Below are positions 44,769 through 56,270 of a DNA stretch of 64,000 nucleotides, one piece after another. A program made the translations under genes and the position numbers. Every line of letters begins with the position of its first letter. Positions within the stretch are counted from its first letter, which is position 1. Under the pieces are notes generated by a model. The model was not told the DNA's origin, ran no database searches, and saw only the letters and a program-made list of their open reading frames with translations. The stretch lies in the NCBI GenBank assembly GCA_963804955.1, contig CAWDSQ010000030.1:292650-356649 (forward strand). Direction: 5' to 3'. This DNA comes from an uncultured delta proteobacterium (GTDB lineage: Bacteria > Desulfobacterota > WTBG01 > CAIYCZ01 > CAIRTM01).

Positions 44769-46211
44769 ATGGATTTTGAACCGGTTATCGGTCTTGAAGT
44801 GCATGCCCAGATGCTCACCGCTACAAAGATTTTCTGCAACTGCTCAACGCAGTTCGGCGGTGAGCCGAACACCCGAACCTGTCCGGTATGCCTCGGTATG
44901 CCGGGGGTTCTGCCGGTTGCAAACCGCAGGGTTGTCGAATTCGCTTTAAAAACCGCTCTTGCCACAGGCTGCACCATCCAAAAGTACAATCAATTTGCCC
45001 GGAAGAATTATTTTTATCCTGACCTTCCCAAAGGGTATCAGATTTCGCAGTTCGAGCTGCCCATAGCAACCGGCGGCCATATCGATCTTGAAATCGCTGG
45101 AGATGGGCAGAAAAAGCGCATCGGCATTACGCGCATTCATATGGAGGAAGACGCGGGCAAGCTCATGCACGAGATAAACGGCATTGCCGGCGACTCGAGC
45201 TTTGTTGATCTGAACCGCACGGGCGTGCCGCTGATGGAAATCGTGAGCGAGCCCGATATCCGCAGCCCGCGGGAGGCCGTTGAATATCTCAGAACCATGC
45301 GCTCCATTGTGCAGTATCTGGAAGTCTGCGACGGCAATATGGAGCAGGGCAGCTTCCGCTGCGACGCCAATATATCGCTGCGGCCGCGGGGCCGGGAGAA
45401 GTTCGGCACCAAGGTGGAGCTGAAGAACATGAACTCGTTCAGGCATGTTGAGAAGGCCATAGAGTTCGAGATAGAGCGGCAGCGCGATATGCTTGAGGAC
45501 GGGCTCGATATCGTGCAGGAGACGCGCCTGTGGGATGAAAAGCGCGAAGAGACATTTTCCATGCGCAGCAAGGAAGAGGCCCATGACTACCGCTATTTCC
45601 CCGACCCTGACCTGGTGCCTCTGGTCATCGATGAGCAGTGGATTGAGCAGATTCGCGCTGGATTACCGGAGCTGCCGCGGCAGCGGCGGCAGCGGTTTAT
45701 AGAGCAGTACGGGCTTCCGGAATATGATGCCGATGTGCTGACCGCGACAAGGCAGATGGCCGATTACTTCGAGGCCGCCGTGCAGCTGCACAATCAGCCC
45801 AAGTCGGTCAGCAACTGGATCATGGGCGATATCCTGCGCACTCTGGCGGATGCGCGCGATATTGCCGGCTTTATTGTAACGCCGGCCCACCTTGCCGCCA
45901 TGATAGCCCTTATCGACAAGGGGACGATCAGCGGCAAGATCGCCAAGAAAGTCTTCGAGCAGATGGCGGAAACGGGGAAAATGCCCGAGGCCCTCGTGCA
46001 GGAGCAGGGACTGGTGCAGGTGTCGGATACGGGCGAGCTTGAAAAGGCCGTACAGGCGGTGCTTGACGCCAATCCGCAGATGGTTGATGATTTCCGCTCC
46101 GGCAAGGACAAGGTATTCGGCTTTCTCATGGGCCAGGTTATGAAGTCAACCAAAGGCAAGGGGAATCCGCAAATTCTGAACGATATTTTGAGGAAAAAGC
46201 TTGAAGGCTGA
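44769..46211 (+). CDS. gatB: Asp/Glu-tRNA amidotransferase subunit B
   Basis: [17 protein letters not shown] and YRYFPDPDL motifs. Confidence 0.97.
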   Translation: MDFEPVIGLEVHAQMLTATKIFCNCSTQFGGEPNTRTCPVCLGMPGVLPVANRRVVEFALKTALATGCTIQKYNQFARKNYFYPDLPKGYQISQFELPIATGGHIDLEIAGDGQKKRIGITRIHMEEDAGKLMHEINGIAGDSSFVDLNRTGVPLMEIVSEPDIRSPREAVEYLRTMRSIVQYLEVCDGNMEQGSFRCDANISLRPRGREKFGTKVELKNMNSFRHVEKAIEFEIERQRDMLEDGLDIVQETRLWDEKREETFSMRSKEEAHDYRYFPDPDLVPLVIDEQWIEQIRAGLPELPRQRRQRFIEQYGLPEYDADVLTATRQMADYFEAAVQLHNQPKSVSNWIMGDILRTLADARDIAGFIVTPAHLAAMIALIDKGTISGKIAKKVFEQMAETGKMPEALVQEQGLVQVSDTGELEKAVQAVLDANPQMVDDFRSGKDKVFGFLMGQVMKSTKGKGNPQILNDILRKKLEG

Positions 46212-47254
46212 AAAAGTACAGGCGCTTTGCTGGCGTGATGATCACATCCGCATTCTTGATCAGACGCGGCTGCCCGCGGAGGAAATATATATCGAGTGCC
46301 GCGATCTTGAAACCATGGCCGACGCCATACGCCGCCTGGCTGTGCGCGGTGCGCCCGCTATCGGCATAGCAGCCGCCATGGGGCTTGCTTTTGAAGCCCG
46401 AAAAATTGAAGCCTCCTGCCGCGAAAATTTTCTCCGGCTGCTTAAACCGGTCTGCGACTGCCTCCGGGCAACGCGCCCCACGGCCGTGAACCTGCAGTGG
46501 GCCCTTGACCGCATGATGGCAAAAGCTCAAGCCGCCGGCGAGAAAGCCAGCATCGCCGAGCTCAAGAATCTGCTCATAGCCGAAGCTCATTCCATTCATA
46601 CCGAAGATATTGCCAACAACCGCGCCATGGGCGCATTCGGCCAGGAGGTTGTGCCGCAGAAGGCCACTATTATGACCATCTGCAATGCCGGAGCCCTTGC
46701 TACGGGTGGCCACGGCACCGCTCTGGGCGTTATTCGCACGGCAGCCGAAACCGGCAAGAATATCAATGTTGTGGCCTGCGAAACCGGCCCCTTCTGCAGG
46801 GCGCGCGCCTGACCGCCTGGGAGCTTAAGGCCTACGGCATACCCGTTCAAGCTGATAACCGACGGCATGGCGGCTTTTTATATGAAGAAAAAGGGCATCG
46901 ACCTTGTCATCACCGGCGCTGACCGGGTTGCCGCCAATGGCGATTCGGCAAACAAGATCGGAACCTACAGCCTTGCCGTACTGGCGAAATATCACAAGGT
47001 GCCGTTTTATATTGCCGCGCCCCGATCAACCGTGGATTCGGCCATTGCCTGCGGCGATGCTATTCCCATTGAGGAGCGCGGCATCCGATGAGGTGACTGG
47101 ATTCGGCGCCAGCCGGACAGCCCCTGCCGGTACGCCGGTATGGAATCCGTCTTTTGATGTTACTCCTGCTGAGCTGATTTCAGGCATTATTACCGATGCA
47201 GGCCTGGTGAGGCCGCCTTATGATAAAAATCTTCGAAAAATTTTCAAGAAATAA
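46201..47254 (+). CDS. mtnA: Methylthioribose-1-phosphate isomerase (frameshifted)
   Basis: [29 protein letters not shown] and NPSFDVTP motifs. Confidence 0.9.
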
Positions 47255-47336
47255 AAAGAGCGAAAGCGGCAACGTGAAAAAGCCGAAAAATCCGGCCGGG
47301 CGGCAAAAAGGGCAACTGTGCTAAAGCAGAGGATAT

Positions 47337-48098
47337 ATGCTTAAAGATCTTTCGGCAGACCAGATTCTAAGCCTTGCTTTCATAGGTTCGCATATCGGGG
47401 GCGTGGCGCATAATGTAACAACACCTCTTTCAGCCATTGCCGGCAGGATGGAGCTGCTGCAGATGCGTCTTTCAAAAATTCATCCGGCGGCGGACGATGA
47501 AGCGGCTCATGCAGCGCTTGAGAAGTGCCTTCATGATCTTGAGGTGATCGGCCAGTGCTGCTCGAGCATTGATGACATTCTCAAAAATTGCAGCAGAACC
47601 AGCCAGGCTGCTCTTAAAAATCAGACCGCCGAACTTCAGCTTGACGTGCTGCTGCAAAGCGTGCTTGCATTTTTAAATGCCGATATGGAATTCAAACATA
47701 ATACGCACAAGGTCTATGAGTTTCAGGAAAATATTCCTCTTTTCACAGCCGATCCGGTAGCTTTTTCCCTGTCCTTTCTCGAGCTTTTGTATAATTGCCG
47801 CAGTGCCATGCTCAAGGCCCCTGAAAAGCGGCTGACCGTCGCCATGTCGGCTGCCGACGGCTGCATTGATATCTGTTTCCGGGATACAGGCTGCGGCATT
47901 GCTCCTCACAGCAGGCAGGAGCTGCTGGCGCTGCTTCAGGAACCTCTTTCCGGCGGCACTGAGTTGTGCCCGGAAAGCGGGCTGCAGCGGGTCGGGCGGC
48001 TGATGCGGCCTTATGGAGCCTCTTTCGATATACAGAGCGCGCCCGGTGATACATTGTTCAAGATTCGTGTGCCGCTGGCTCAGCCTGCGTGCGCATGA
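47337..48098 (+). CDS. Sensor-less histidine-kinase-like protein
   Basis: AHNVTTPL H-box and DTGCGI; G2 box degenerate. Confidence 0.7.
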   Translation: MLKDLSADQILSLAFIGSHIGGVAHNVTTPLSAIAGRMELLQMRLSKIHPAADDEAAHAALEKCLHDLEVIGQCCSSIDDILKNCSRTSQAALKNQTAELQLDVLLQSVLAFLNADMEFKHNTHKVYEFQENIPLFTADPVAFSLSFLELLYNCRSAMLKAPEKRLTVAMSAADGCIDICFRDTGCGIAPHSRQELLALLQEPLSGGTELCPESGLQRVGRLMRPYGASFDIQSAPGDTLFKIRVPLAQPACA

Positions 48099-48399
48099 AG
48101 ATGCCGCTTTGATGGTTCCGTAACATCCCAAATGATCCGTCATTGCGAACGAAGTGAAGCAATCCGGCTCATTGACATTGCCACGGCCTGCGGCCTCGCA
48201 ATGACATTGCGTTACAGTGTCCGCAATGGCACAGTAAGATTTGTTTCTATTTGTCATTGATGGCTGCAGGATTTTTATGGCTTGATCAGTTTTCTATTTT
48301 CCTTTGCAGGTTTTGGGTTAACCGTATCAGAGAACCAGACAGAATTTTCAATAAAATAAAAAGCACATAGTTTACCTATCCCGAAGGGAGTACTGTTAC

Positions 48400-48861
48400 G
48401 TGGAACAGAGCAATGCATCCAATCCGGGCACCATCCTTGCCGTGTGCACAAGCCCTAAAACCGGCATGCGGAAGAAAAATGTGGGTCAGGCACAGTTTAT
48501 AGAGCAGTTCGGCATTGAAGGCGATGCCCATGGCAATTGCGCGACACACCGGCAGGTGAGCCTGCTTGCCATGGAGAGCATCAGGAAAATGCAGGATATG
48601 GGACTTGATGTGGGGCCCGGTGATTTTGCGGAAAATCTTACCACCGAAGGAGTGGATCTTTTGGCTCTGCCCATCGGCTCGAAAATCAGCATTGGCGACA
48701 GCGTTGAACTTGAAATTTCGCAGCACGGCAAGCAATGCCATACCCCCTGTGCCATTTATCATCAGGCCGGCACCTGCGTCATGCCCACGGAGGGCATATT
48801 CGGCAAAGTACTGTCCGGCGGCATGGTGAAAGTGGGCGACCGGATCAGCCGTATCGACTGA
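48400..48861 (+). CDS. MOSC-domain protein
   Basis: GIEGDAH, RQVSLL, GDFAENL and C.MPTEG motifs. Confidence 0.9.
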   Translation: MEQSNASNPGTILAVCTSPKTGMRKKNVGQAQFIEQFGIEGDAHGNCATHRQVSLLAMESIRKMQDMGLDVGPGDFAENLTTEGVDLLALPIGSKISIGDSVELEISQHGKQCHTPCAIYHQAGTCVMPTEGIFGKVLSGGMVKVGDRISRID

Positions 48862-48874
48862 AGGTCCGGCTGCC

Positions 48875-49609
48875 GTGGCAAGCACCATTCTCAGCAGCAT
48901 CGACATTGTACTGGTCGGCACGCTCAATTCGGGCAATATAGGCTCTGTAGCCCGGGCCATGGCCAATATGGGCCTTTCCAGCCTGAGCCTTGTCTCACCC
49001 CGCTGCACAATCGATCATCAATCATACGCAATGGCAACACACGGTGATGGCATTCTGCGCAGCGCCCGGACATTTCCATCCCTTCGCGCAGCACTTGCCG
49101 GCGCAGTCTATGTTTTCGGCACTACGGCGCGGGAAAGGCGCTGGCGTGATGCTCTTGTGCCAAGTGAGCTTGGGGGCAGGGCGGCGCACCATGCCCGTGG
49201 CGGCCGGGTGGCCATGGTGTTCGGGCCCGAAGATATGGGCCTGTCAAATGATGAGCTCGAGCTCTGCAATGAGGTTGTGAGCATTCCCACAGCGCAGGGA
49301 GCGTCTTCTCTGAACATTTCGCACGCCGTACTTCTTATCTGCTATGAGCTTTTCGGGGCATGCCGTGTAGACACGGCTTCAGACGGCGCGGCCATCGACC
49401 CTGCCCCTGTCGCCATGGTTGAAGCCATGTATGATCACATGCGCGAGTCGCTGCTTGAAATCGGGTTCTTGAATCCTCAAAATCCGGAGTACACGCTGGG
49501 AATGATCAGAAGGCTTTTGTCGCGCACGGGGCTTTCAGTTCCCGAGGTCAGGATGCTGCGAGGGCTTTTCAGGCAGCTTGTCTGGTATATCCGCAAAAAG
49601 AGCAGCTGA
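48875..49609 (+). CDS. trmJ: TrmJ/LasT-family SPOUT RNA methyltransferase
   Basis: GNIGSVARAM.N, VFGPE..GLSN and SLN.SHAV motifs. Confidence 0.85.
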   Translation: MASTILSSIDIVLVGTLNSGNIGSVARAMANMGLSSLSLVSPRCTIDHQSYAMATHGDGILRSARTFPSLRAALAGAVYVFGTTARERRWRDALVPSELGGRAAHHARGGRVAMVFGPEDMGLSNDELELCNEVVSIPTAQGASSLNISHAVLLICYELFGACRVDTASDGAAIDPAPVAMVEAMYDHMRESLLEIGFLNPQNPEYTLGMIRRLLSRTGLSVPEVRMLRGLFRQLVWYIRKKSS

Positions 49610-49806
49610 ATAAAATGGCAGACCAATAAAAAGCGAAAGCATATATAGGGGAAGCCTGTGGTGTGCGAAAGGGTCATCCTGAACGAAGTGAAGGACTCTG
49701 GTTTTCGGGATGAGAAAATTCAATATGATAGAGATTCTTCGCTGCGCCAGAATGACGTGGCGAGGTTGTTCAAAAGATGCAGTCTCGCTAACTATCCATA
49801 TTTGCC

Positions 49807-49835
49807 TTGACACTCGACCGGCATCCCTTTATATT
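49807..49835 (+). promoter_or_regulatory. Sigma70-like promoter of ilvE
   Basis: TTGACA, 17-nt spacer, TATATT. Confidence 0.6.
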
Positions 49836-49889
49836 TTATCGTCATCAAAACAGACCCGGTTCCTTATTAATCAATAGTACGAGAGATGT

Positions 49890-50927
49890 ATGAAGACTCA
49901 AAACACCCAAAAAGCCGACCTTGACTGGAAAAACCTTCCTTTCGGATTTGTCCCAACCGATTTCAATATCCGTTACCATTACAAGGATGGCGCCTGGTCG
50001 AAAGGCGAGCTGACAAGCGATACAACAGTAAAAATGCATATAGCCGATCCCTGCCTGCACTATGGACAGGAAGCCTTTGAAGGCATGAAGGCATTTGAAA
50101 CAAAAGACGGGCGCATTGTGGTGTTCAGGCCGATAGAAAACGCGAAACGGCTGCAGGTAAGCTCGGATCGCATTCTGGTGCCCCGGATACCAACGGAAAT
50201 ATTTTTGGACGGGGTCCATAGGGTTGTAGGGGCTAATGCGCGTTTTGTTCCGCCGTATGGTACGGGAGCCAGCCTGTACATACGGCCTGTTGTTTTCGGC
50301 GTTGGCCCCCAGATCGGCCTGGGTCCTGCAAAAGAATACGAGTTTATTATACTGGTTACGCCGGTCGGGCCCTATTACAAGGGCGGATTCAAGCCGGTAA
50401 AGGCCTTGATTGTCGACGAATATGACAGAGCAGCTCCGCTCGGGATGGGCGCCTATAAGGTAGGGGCAAATTATGCCGCCGGACTGCTGGGCTACGAGTA
50501 CGCGCATCAACAGGGGTATCCGATAGCTTTATATCTTGACCCGAAAGAAAAAAGATACGTAGACGAGTTCGGCACGTCGAATTTTATCGGCATTGCCGGC
50601 AATACATATATCACGCCTAAATCAAGCTCTATTCTGCCGAGCATAACAAACGACAGCCTGGCAATTATGGCCGCTGATATGGGCATGGCTGTCGAGAAGA
50701 GACCGATCGATGTGGAAGAGCTGCAAAATTTTGATGAGGTCGGGGCCGTAGGTACTGCCGCCGTCATTACTCCTATCGCCTCCATCCAGTACAAGGGCAG
50801 AGTGTTTTCCTACGGCGACGGAGAAAGCGCCGGTCCGGTTTCGACAAAACTGTATGAAAAGCTGACTAAAATCCAGACCGGAGAAATCGGCGACACCTTC
50901 GGATGGCTTGAAGAAATAAAAGTATGA
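49890..50927 (+). CDS. ilvE: Branched-chain amino acid aminotransferase
   Basis: LHYGQEAFEG, KVGANY, ILPSIT and GTAAVI motifs. Confidence 0.95.
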   Translation: MKTQNTQKADLDWKNLPFGFVPTDFNIRYHYKDGAWSKGELTSDTTVKMHIADPCLHYGQEAFEGMKAFETKDGRIVVFRPIENAKRLQVSSDRILVPRIPTEIFLDGVHRVVGANARFVPPYGTGASLYIRPVVFGVGPQIGLGPAKEYEFIILVTPVGPYYKGGFKPVKALIVDEYDRAAPLGMGAYKVGANYAAGLLGYEYAHQQGYPIALYLDPKEKRYVDEFGTSNFIGIAGNTYITPKSSSILPSITNDSLAIMAADMGMAVEKRPIDVEELQNFDEVGAVGTAAVITPIASIQYKGRVFSYGDGESAGPVSTKLYEKLTKIQTGEIGDTFGWLEEIKV

Positions 50928-51186
50928 TGAAGACACCGGCGCACTGCGCCGGGTTTTCTATCGTGTGGTTTGAAGATTGACAATACAAAACAGGGACATA
51001 TGTTCCTGTTTTTTTTGCGCATGAATCGCAGCAGGCGCCTCCACCCGGTATGGTCTATTTGAAGCAGGGGAGGGGGCGATATGAAGAAATCCGGGGGCAG
51101 GTTTCAGCAAATTTTTTTACCGTAGAGACGGGGTTTAACCCCGGCTGTTTCAAACCTGTGTCGCAACGCTGCAGCAACAATAAAAA

Positions 51187-51733
51187 ATGAAAAATAATTT
51201 CAAAATAATTTTTTTTACTTCTGAGCCTTTCCCTCATATGCGGATGCGCAACATCCGGGTACTGGGCTGATCGCGCCCGGGACGGGGCGGATATTTTTTC
51301 TTTTGCCGTCGGTCAGGGTCTGGGCCTGAAGGCGCGCATCGGCCCCGTTACCGCAGGCCTGCTTGAGGATTATACTGCGGCGGGGCTGCGCGGCGGTGAA
51401 TTCTGCAGTCAGGACCTTTCCGGCAGAGAAGCCGAAGATGAAACGCGTGGCGCCATAGACGGGCAGTTCATCGTTGATAATACCGAACGGTTCACGCTGA
51501 CGAAGCTGGGCCGCCGCAAAAATTTTGAGGCATCAAGCCTTGGCGGCGGCATGCACATACCTTTGTTAAGCCTGCTTCAATCGGATTCCAGCTTCGCCTA
51601 TTATACACACATAGAGGCGGTTTTAGGGCTGCAGGGATCTGTTCGAGTCGGTTTTAATGCAGGTGAGTTTTTTGATTTTATTATCGGGTGGACAACCATC
51701 GATATTCTGCATGATGATGTCGCAATGAAATAG
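51187..51733 (+). CDS. Hypothetical lipoprotein (homopolymer frameshift near 51215)
   Basis: MKNNFKIIF then, shifted, LLLSLSLICGCATSGYWADR.. open to 51733. Confidence 0.65.
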
Positions 51734-51824
51734 AGTGGCGCCGCCTTTAACGGCTGTATAACCGGCGGTATGGGAAACTGTAGAGACGGGTTTTAAACCC
51801 GTTTCCTTCCTTCGGCTTTTATCT

Positions 51825-52364
51825 ATGCATCAGGGTAAATTTCAAAACAAATACCGAATACATTCAACCCGTCTGCCGAACTGGGATTATTCCAGTGCAG
51901 GCGCGTATTTTGTTACAATATGTACTGAGGGCCGAAGATACCGCTTCGGTGATATCGTAAACGGCAGCCTTGCCGAAACCGTACCTGCCAAAATCTGCAT
52001 GAATTGCTGGTCGGAATTATCTCTGCACTACAGCAACTGTATGTCCGATGAATTCGTTATTATGCCCAATCATGTGCATGGTATACTCATGCTTCAAAAT
52101 AAACAGGATGAGACGGGTTTGAAACCCGTCTCTACGGAGGGCAAACAATATTCTTTGTTTGAAATTGTACGAGGGTTTAAAACCTTCACCGCCCGTGAGA
52201 TTAACAGGTATGAAAATTCAATCGGCAGGCAGTTCTGGCAATCGCGTTTTTACGATCGGGTTATCCGTGATAATGCTGAATATCTTCGTATCCGAGAGTA
52301 CATTATTGATAATCCGGCAAAATGGGAGGTAGACAACAACGATGTTGAAAATCTTTATATGTAA
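51825..52364 (+). mobile_element. REP-associated tyrosine transposase (RAYT)
   Basis: YFVTICT, HUH motif MPNHVHG, WQ..FYDRVIR and YI..NP; flanked by REPs. Confidence 0.9.
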
Positions 52365-52433
52365 TTCCCAGCGGATAGTTTTATGCGTTTTACGTAGAGA
52401 CGGGTTTTAAACCCGTCTCTTTTTTCATTCAAT

Positions 52434-53504
52434 CTACATCTTTTCCCGCAACCGCGCTGACAAATCCTGCGTCATTTTCAGAACCTTCACGGCCTGGTCA
52501 AGGGTGAGCGAGCCCGTGCCGCAGCTGGGGTTATGAGCGACTGGGCCATGATCTGTTTGCGGTCAAAGCCGAGCGCCTGCACCTGCTCAGCTTCGGTTTC
52601 CCATATTTTGAGTAGTGATTCAACGCTTTCCTTCTCAATATGTTCGGGATTGTCCGTGGGCACGATGCCCCACGCAAGTATGCCGCCTTGTACCTATAAA
52701 TTCTCTCACTTTATCGCTGTAAAGCATTAATTTATCGAAGAAATTATAGGCGTCAAAGCTGATGATGTCGGCGCCGGAATCAAGGGCAAGGGAGAAGTCG
52801 CCGTTGGCGCAGATATGAATCCCCGCCAGCCCGCCGGCGCCATGCACGCCTTCTATGACTTCGGCCATGGCAGCATTTACCTGCTCGCGGCTGATGCTGA
52901 TGAAGGCTGATGAGCCGAAGCTCACAATGCCGGGTTCGTCAAAAAATACGATTGCCCGCGCGGCATGTGCGGCAAGCTGCTCGGCCTGCCAGCGTGCCTT
53001 GAATGCGAGCAGCTTGATGAGCACGTCGCGCAGCGTGTCGTCATAGAAGACCGATTTGCCGTTCTGGTCTTTGACGCCGACGCCCATGGTTATGGGGCCG
53101 GTGATCTGCCCTTTGAGCGCTTTGGGTGCTGCCGGCAGCTCCGGTCCGGCGCTGAGCAGCTCAAAGAATCCTTGAGCTGTTTCAGGAGTAAGAGAAAAGC
53201 GGGATTTTGCCAGCAGAGAAAAGTCGGCGGTTATTGCCATGTACTCTTCATAAAAAGCAACGAGCTGGTCCTGAAAATCGGGCGCGTCGGTATTTATGAA
53301 AACCTTGTCGTCCCGGGATGTGAATCCGGGCATGCCGGGCAGAAACTGCTCGATCATGCCTTCGCCGGGATGGCGCGGCAACTGAACCCAGAGGGGGATT
53401 TCGGGAACATAGTTGAACATGAGGCGCGTTGCTTCGGCATGGCTGTCCATGGGCAGGCTTCCGATCAGAAGGGCGTTGCAGTCGGCATTAAATGATTGTG
53501 TCAT
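52434..53504 (-). CDS. Cobalamin-independent methionine synthase catalytic-domain family protein (frameshift near 52690)
   Basis: IGSLP, KGQITGP, DEP, GIHICAN and TPSCG motifs. Confidence 0.8.
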
Positions 53505-53665
53505 GGGTGTATCCTCTTAAAATAAATAGTGTTCCTTGAAAAATTGAACAGCCATACTGATAACACGGAAGGCATTGATAAATCAAGAAAACAGGAGCTT
53601 TCGATAAAACAGGGACTCATTCACTGCAATCCCTTTTCCTCTGGCGGTAAAACATATATGGCAGC

Positions 53666-53806
53666 ATATGGGGCTGTGGGAGACGCAGTATCTAACGAAC
53701 TTTATCAAGGAGTTTTGGTTATTGACTTATTAGCGGGTCAGCCATACTGTGGTCTACAGAATGGCGCTCTGAAAATTGCTTCACCCCGTCAGGGCTAAAG
53801 AACTCC
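53666..53806. ncRNA. Candidate four-way-junction RNA / IS110-like end remnant
   Basis: Closing stem 53709-53718/53795-53806 with three inner hairpins. Confidence 0.45.
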
Positions 53807-53894
53807 GGGGTAGGTTCAATGAGCTTTCCGGGAAATGGCAGTTCGGGTTGTTGTGGTTGTCAGCCGCTTCCCGTGATCGACTGAGCCTCTTTAC

Positions 53895-55887
53895 TCAGTT
53901 TTCTCTCAGCGCCTCCCGCACTTTGACAGCCAGATCCTTCATCGAGAATGGCTTCTGGATGAAGTTCACGCCCTCGTCCAGCACACCCCGGTGGGCGATC
54001 ACATCGGCTGTATAGCCGGACATGAACAGAATTTTCATGCCGGGGTAAAGGGATTGCATCCGTTCCGCCAGGTCCCGGCCGTTCATTTCCGGCATGACCA
54101 CGTCGGTGATGAGAAGTTGTATCTCGCCCGCGTGTTCCTCGGCCAGCCGGATGGCCTCGCCCGGCGTGCCTGCGGCCAGCACCCGGTACCCTAATTTTTC
54201 CAGCATCATTTTGCCCATCTTCAGGAGCGCAGGCTCGTCCTCCACCACCAGCACCGTCTCGCCGCGGCTCAGAGGGATTTCCGCAGCCTTTTCCCGCGGG
54301 GTATCGACGGCTTGACCCGCATACCGGGGCAGGTAGATTCTAAAGGTCGTTCCTTTTCCCGGTTCGCTGTAGACGTTGATGAATCCGTTGTTCTGCTTGA
54401 CGATGCCATACACCGTGGATAGCCCCAGACCGGTTCCCTGGCCCACCCCCTTGCTGGTGAAAAACGGTTCGAAAATCTGGTCGAGGGTCTCCTTGTCCAT
54501 GCCGCATCCATCGTCGCTGACGGCCAGCAGCACATACTCTCCTGCGACAAACCCAAAATGATCAGCGCAGTAGGTCTCGTCAAAGACGGCGTTTCCCGTT
54601 TCGATGGTGATCTTGCCGACATCGGCAATGGCGTCCCTGGCGTTGACACAGAGATTGGCCAGGATCTGATCGATCTGGACGGGGTCCATCTTGACCGGGC
54701 ACAGGCCCGCCTCGGGCAGCCAGGCCAGATCGATGTCCTCGCCGATGAGTCGCCGGAGCATCTTGAGCATGCTCTCCACGGTCTCGTTCAGGTCAAGCAC
54801 CACGGGAATGATTGTCTGCTTGCGGGCAAAGGCCAGCAATTGCCGGGTGATGTCCGCGGAACGTATTGCGGCCTTGATGATTTCCTCAAGGTCGGCATGC
54901 AGCGGCTGGGCCGGGTCCACCTTTGCCAGGGCCAGTTCCGCATAACCGAGGATCACGCTGAGCATATTGTTGTAATCGTGGGCCACGCCGCCCGCCAGCA
55001 GGCCCACCGCTTCCATCTTCTGGGCCTGCTGAAACTGGGCCGCCAGCCGGAGATGCTCGGTGATGTCCCGTTTGACGGCCACATAGTTGACGATCCGGCC
55101 CGAAGCGTCGCGAACCGGCGAAATCGTCGTCTCCTCGGTGTAGAGAGTCCCGTCCTTGCGCTTGTTGACCATGCGGCCCGCCCAGGTTCTGCCGCCGGAG
55201 ATGGTATCCCAAAGATTACGGTAAAACAGTTCGTCCTGTTTGCCGCTCTTGAGGATGCGCGGATTCTGGCCGATCGACCTCCTCTCGGCTGTAGCCCGTC
55301 GTCCGCTCGAAGGCCGGGTTGACAAACTGGATGATCCCCTGGGCATCGGTCATGACAATGACCTCTCCGGCCTGCTCGATGGCCGCCATCAACCGCTTGC
55401 GCTCGGCATCGGCCCGCTTGCGCGCGGTGATGTCACGGATGTTGCACTGGATCACCTTGCTATGGTCCACGAGGTAAACATTGCTGACAAACTCCACGGC
55501 GATGGGCTGCCCATCGAGGGTTTCCAGCGGCAAATCATCGTAACGGATGTATTCGTTATCCTGCAGGGTCTTGAAAGCGTCCTTGGATGCGGCAATGTCT
55601 TTGAATACACCGAGTTCCCAGATATATTGCCCGCATAATGCGTCGTAAGAATAACCGAGTAACTGCAACAGGAAAGGATTGACATCAACCACCTTGCCCG
55701 TATCGGCATCGAGAATCAGGATACCGTCCTTGGCTGATTCAAAGAGCCGCCGGTAGCGCTTCTCGGAATCTTGCAGCGCCTCCCCGCCTCGCTCCTTTTC
55801 CAGCAACGTTTCTTCCAGCAGCGCAATTCGCCTATTCAGTTCGGTGTTGGCGAGGCGAAGCTGGTTTTCGATATTCGTGTCTGACAT
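53895..55887 (-). CDS. PAS hybrid histidine kinase/response regulator (frameshift near 55280)
   Basis: Two PAS, AHDYNN, NARDA, GTGLGL and a C-terminal receiver. Confidence 0.9.
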
Positions 55888-55942
55888 AGTCACAACCTCG
55901 ATAAATTTGTCTTTGGGCTACTTGTGCGCTTTACTATTTGAT

Positions 55943-56270
55943 TATGCAGGCCCCCCTCACCCCATTCTTGCCATGGCGGGTCTTCTGATAGTTTTAAATC
56001 GATCATGTTATCGTTATCCGTTTTTCAGATGTCGTGCAACCCCCCGGCGATAGTGAGCCAACTCGCCTGCACTGAGGCCGAAAGCGCACAGGGAGATATC
56101 AACCTCGTTTTTACAGGCAGGCTGACCGTACCCGCCACACCCCGGTGTCGGGCCGCTCATAGAACCTATGCCGTCATATGGCCATTGCCGGCCGAATTGC
56201 GCATGGTTTACCGATGTGCTATCCATCATCCTCCGTCTGTCCGCTTTATCCGTCCGCCCTCTGATCCTCA
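55943..56270 (-). other. Non-coding structured segment, IS1111-like end remnant
   Basis: Several hairpins; motif shared with 174-198. Confidence 0.3.

Larger units (their letters stand above)
51122..52420. repeat. Four cognate GTAG-REPs (51122-51144, 51780-51806, 52110-52135 inverted, 52394-52420)
   Basis: Consensus GTAGAGACGGGTTTxAAACCCGTCTCT. Confidence 0.9.
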
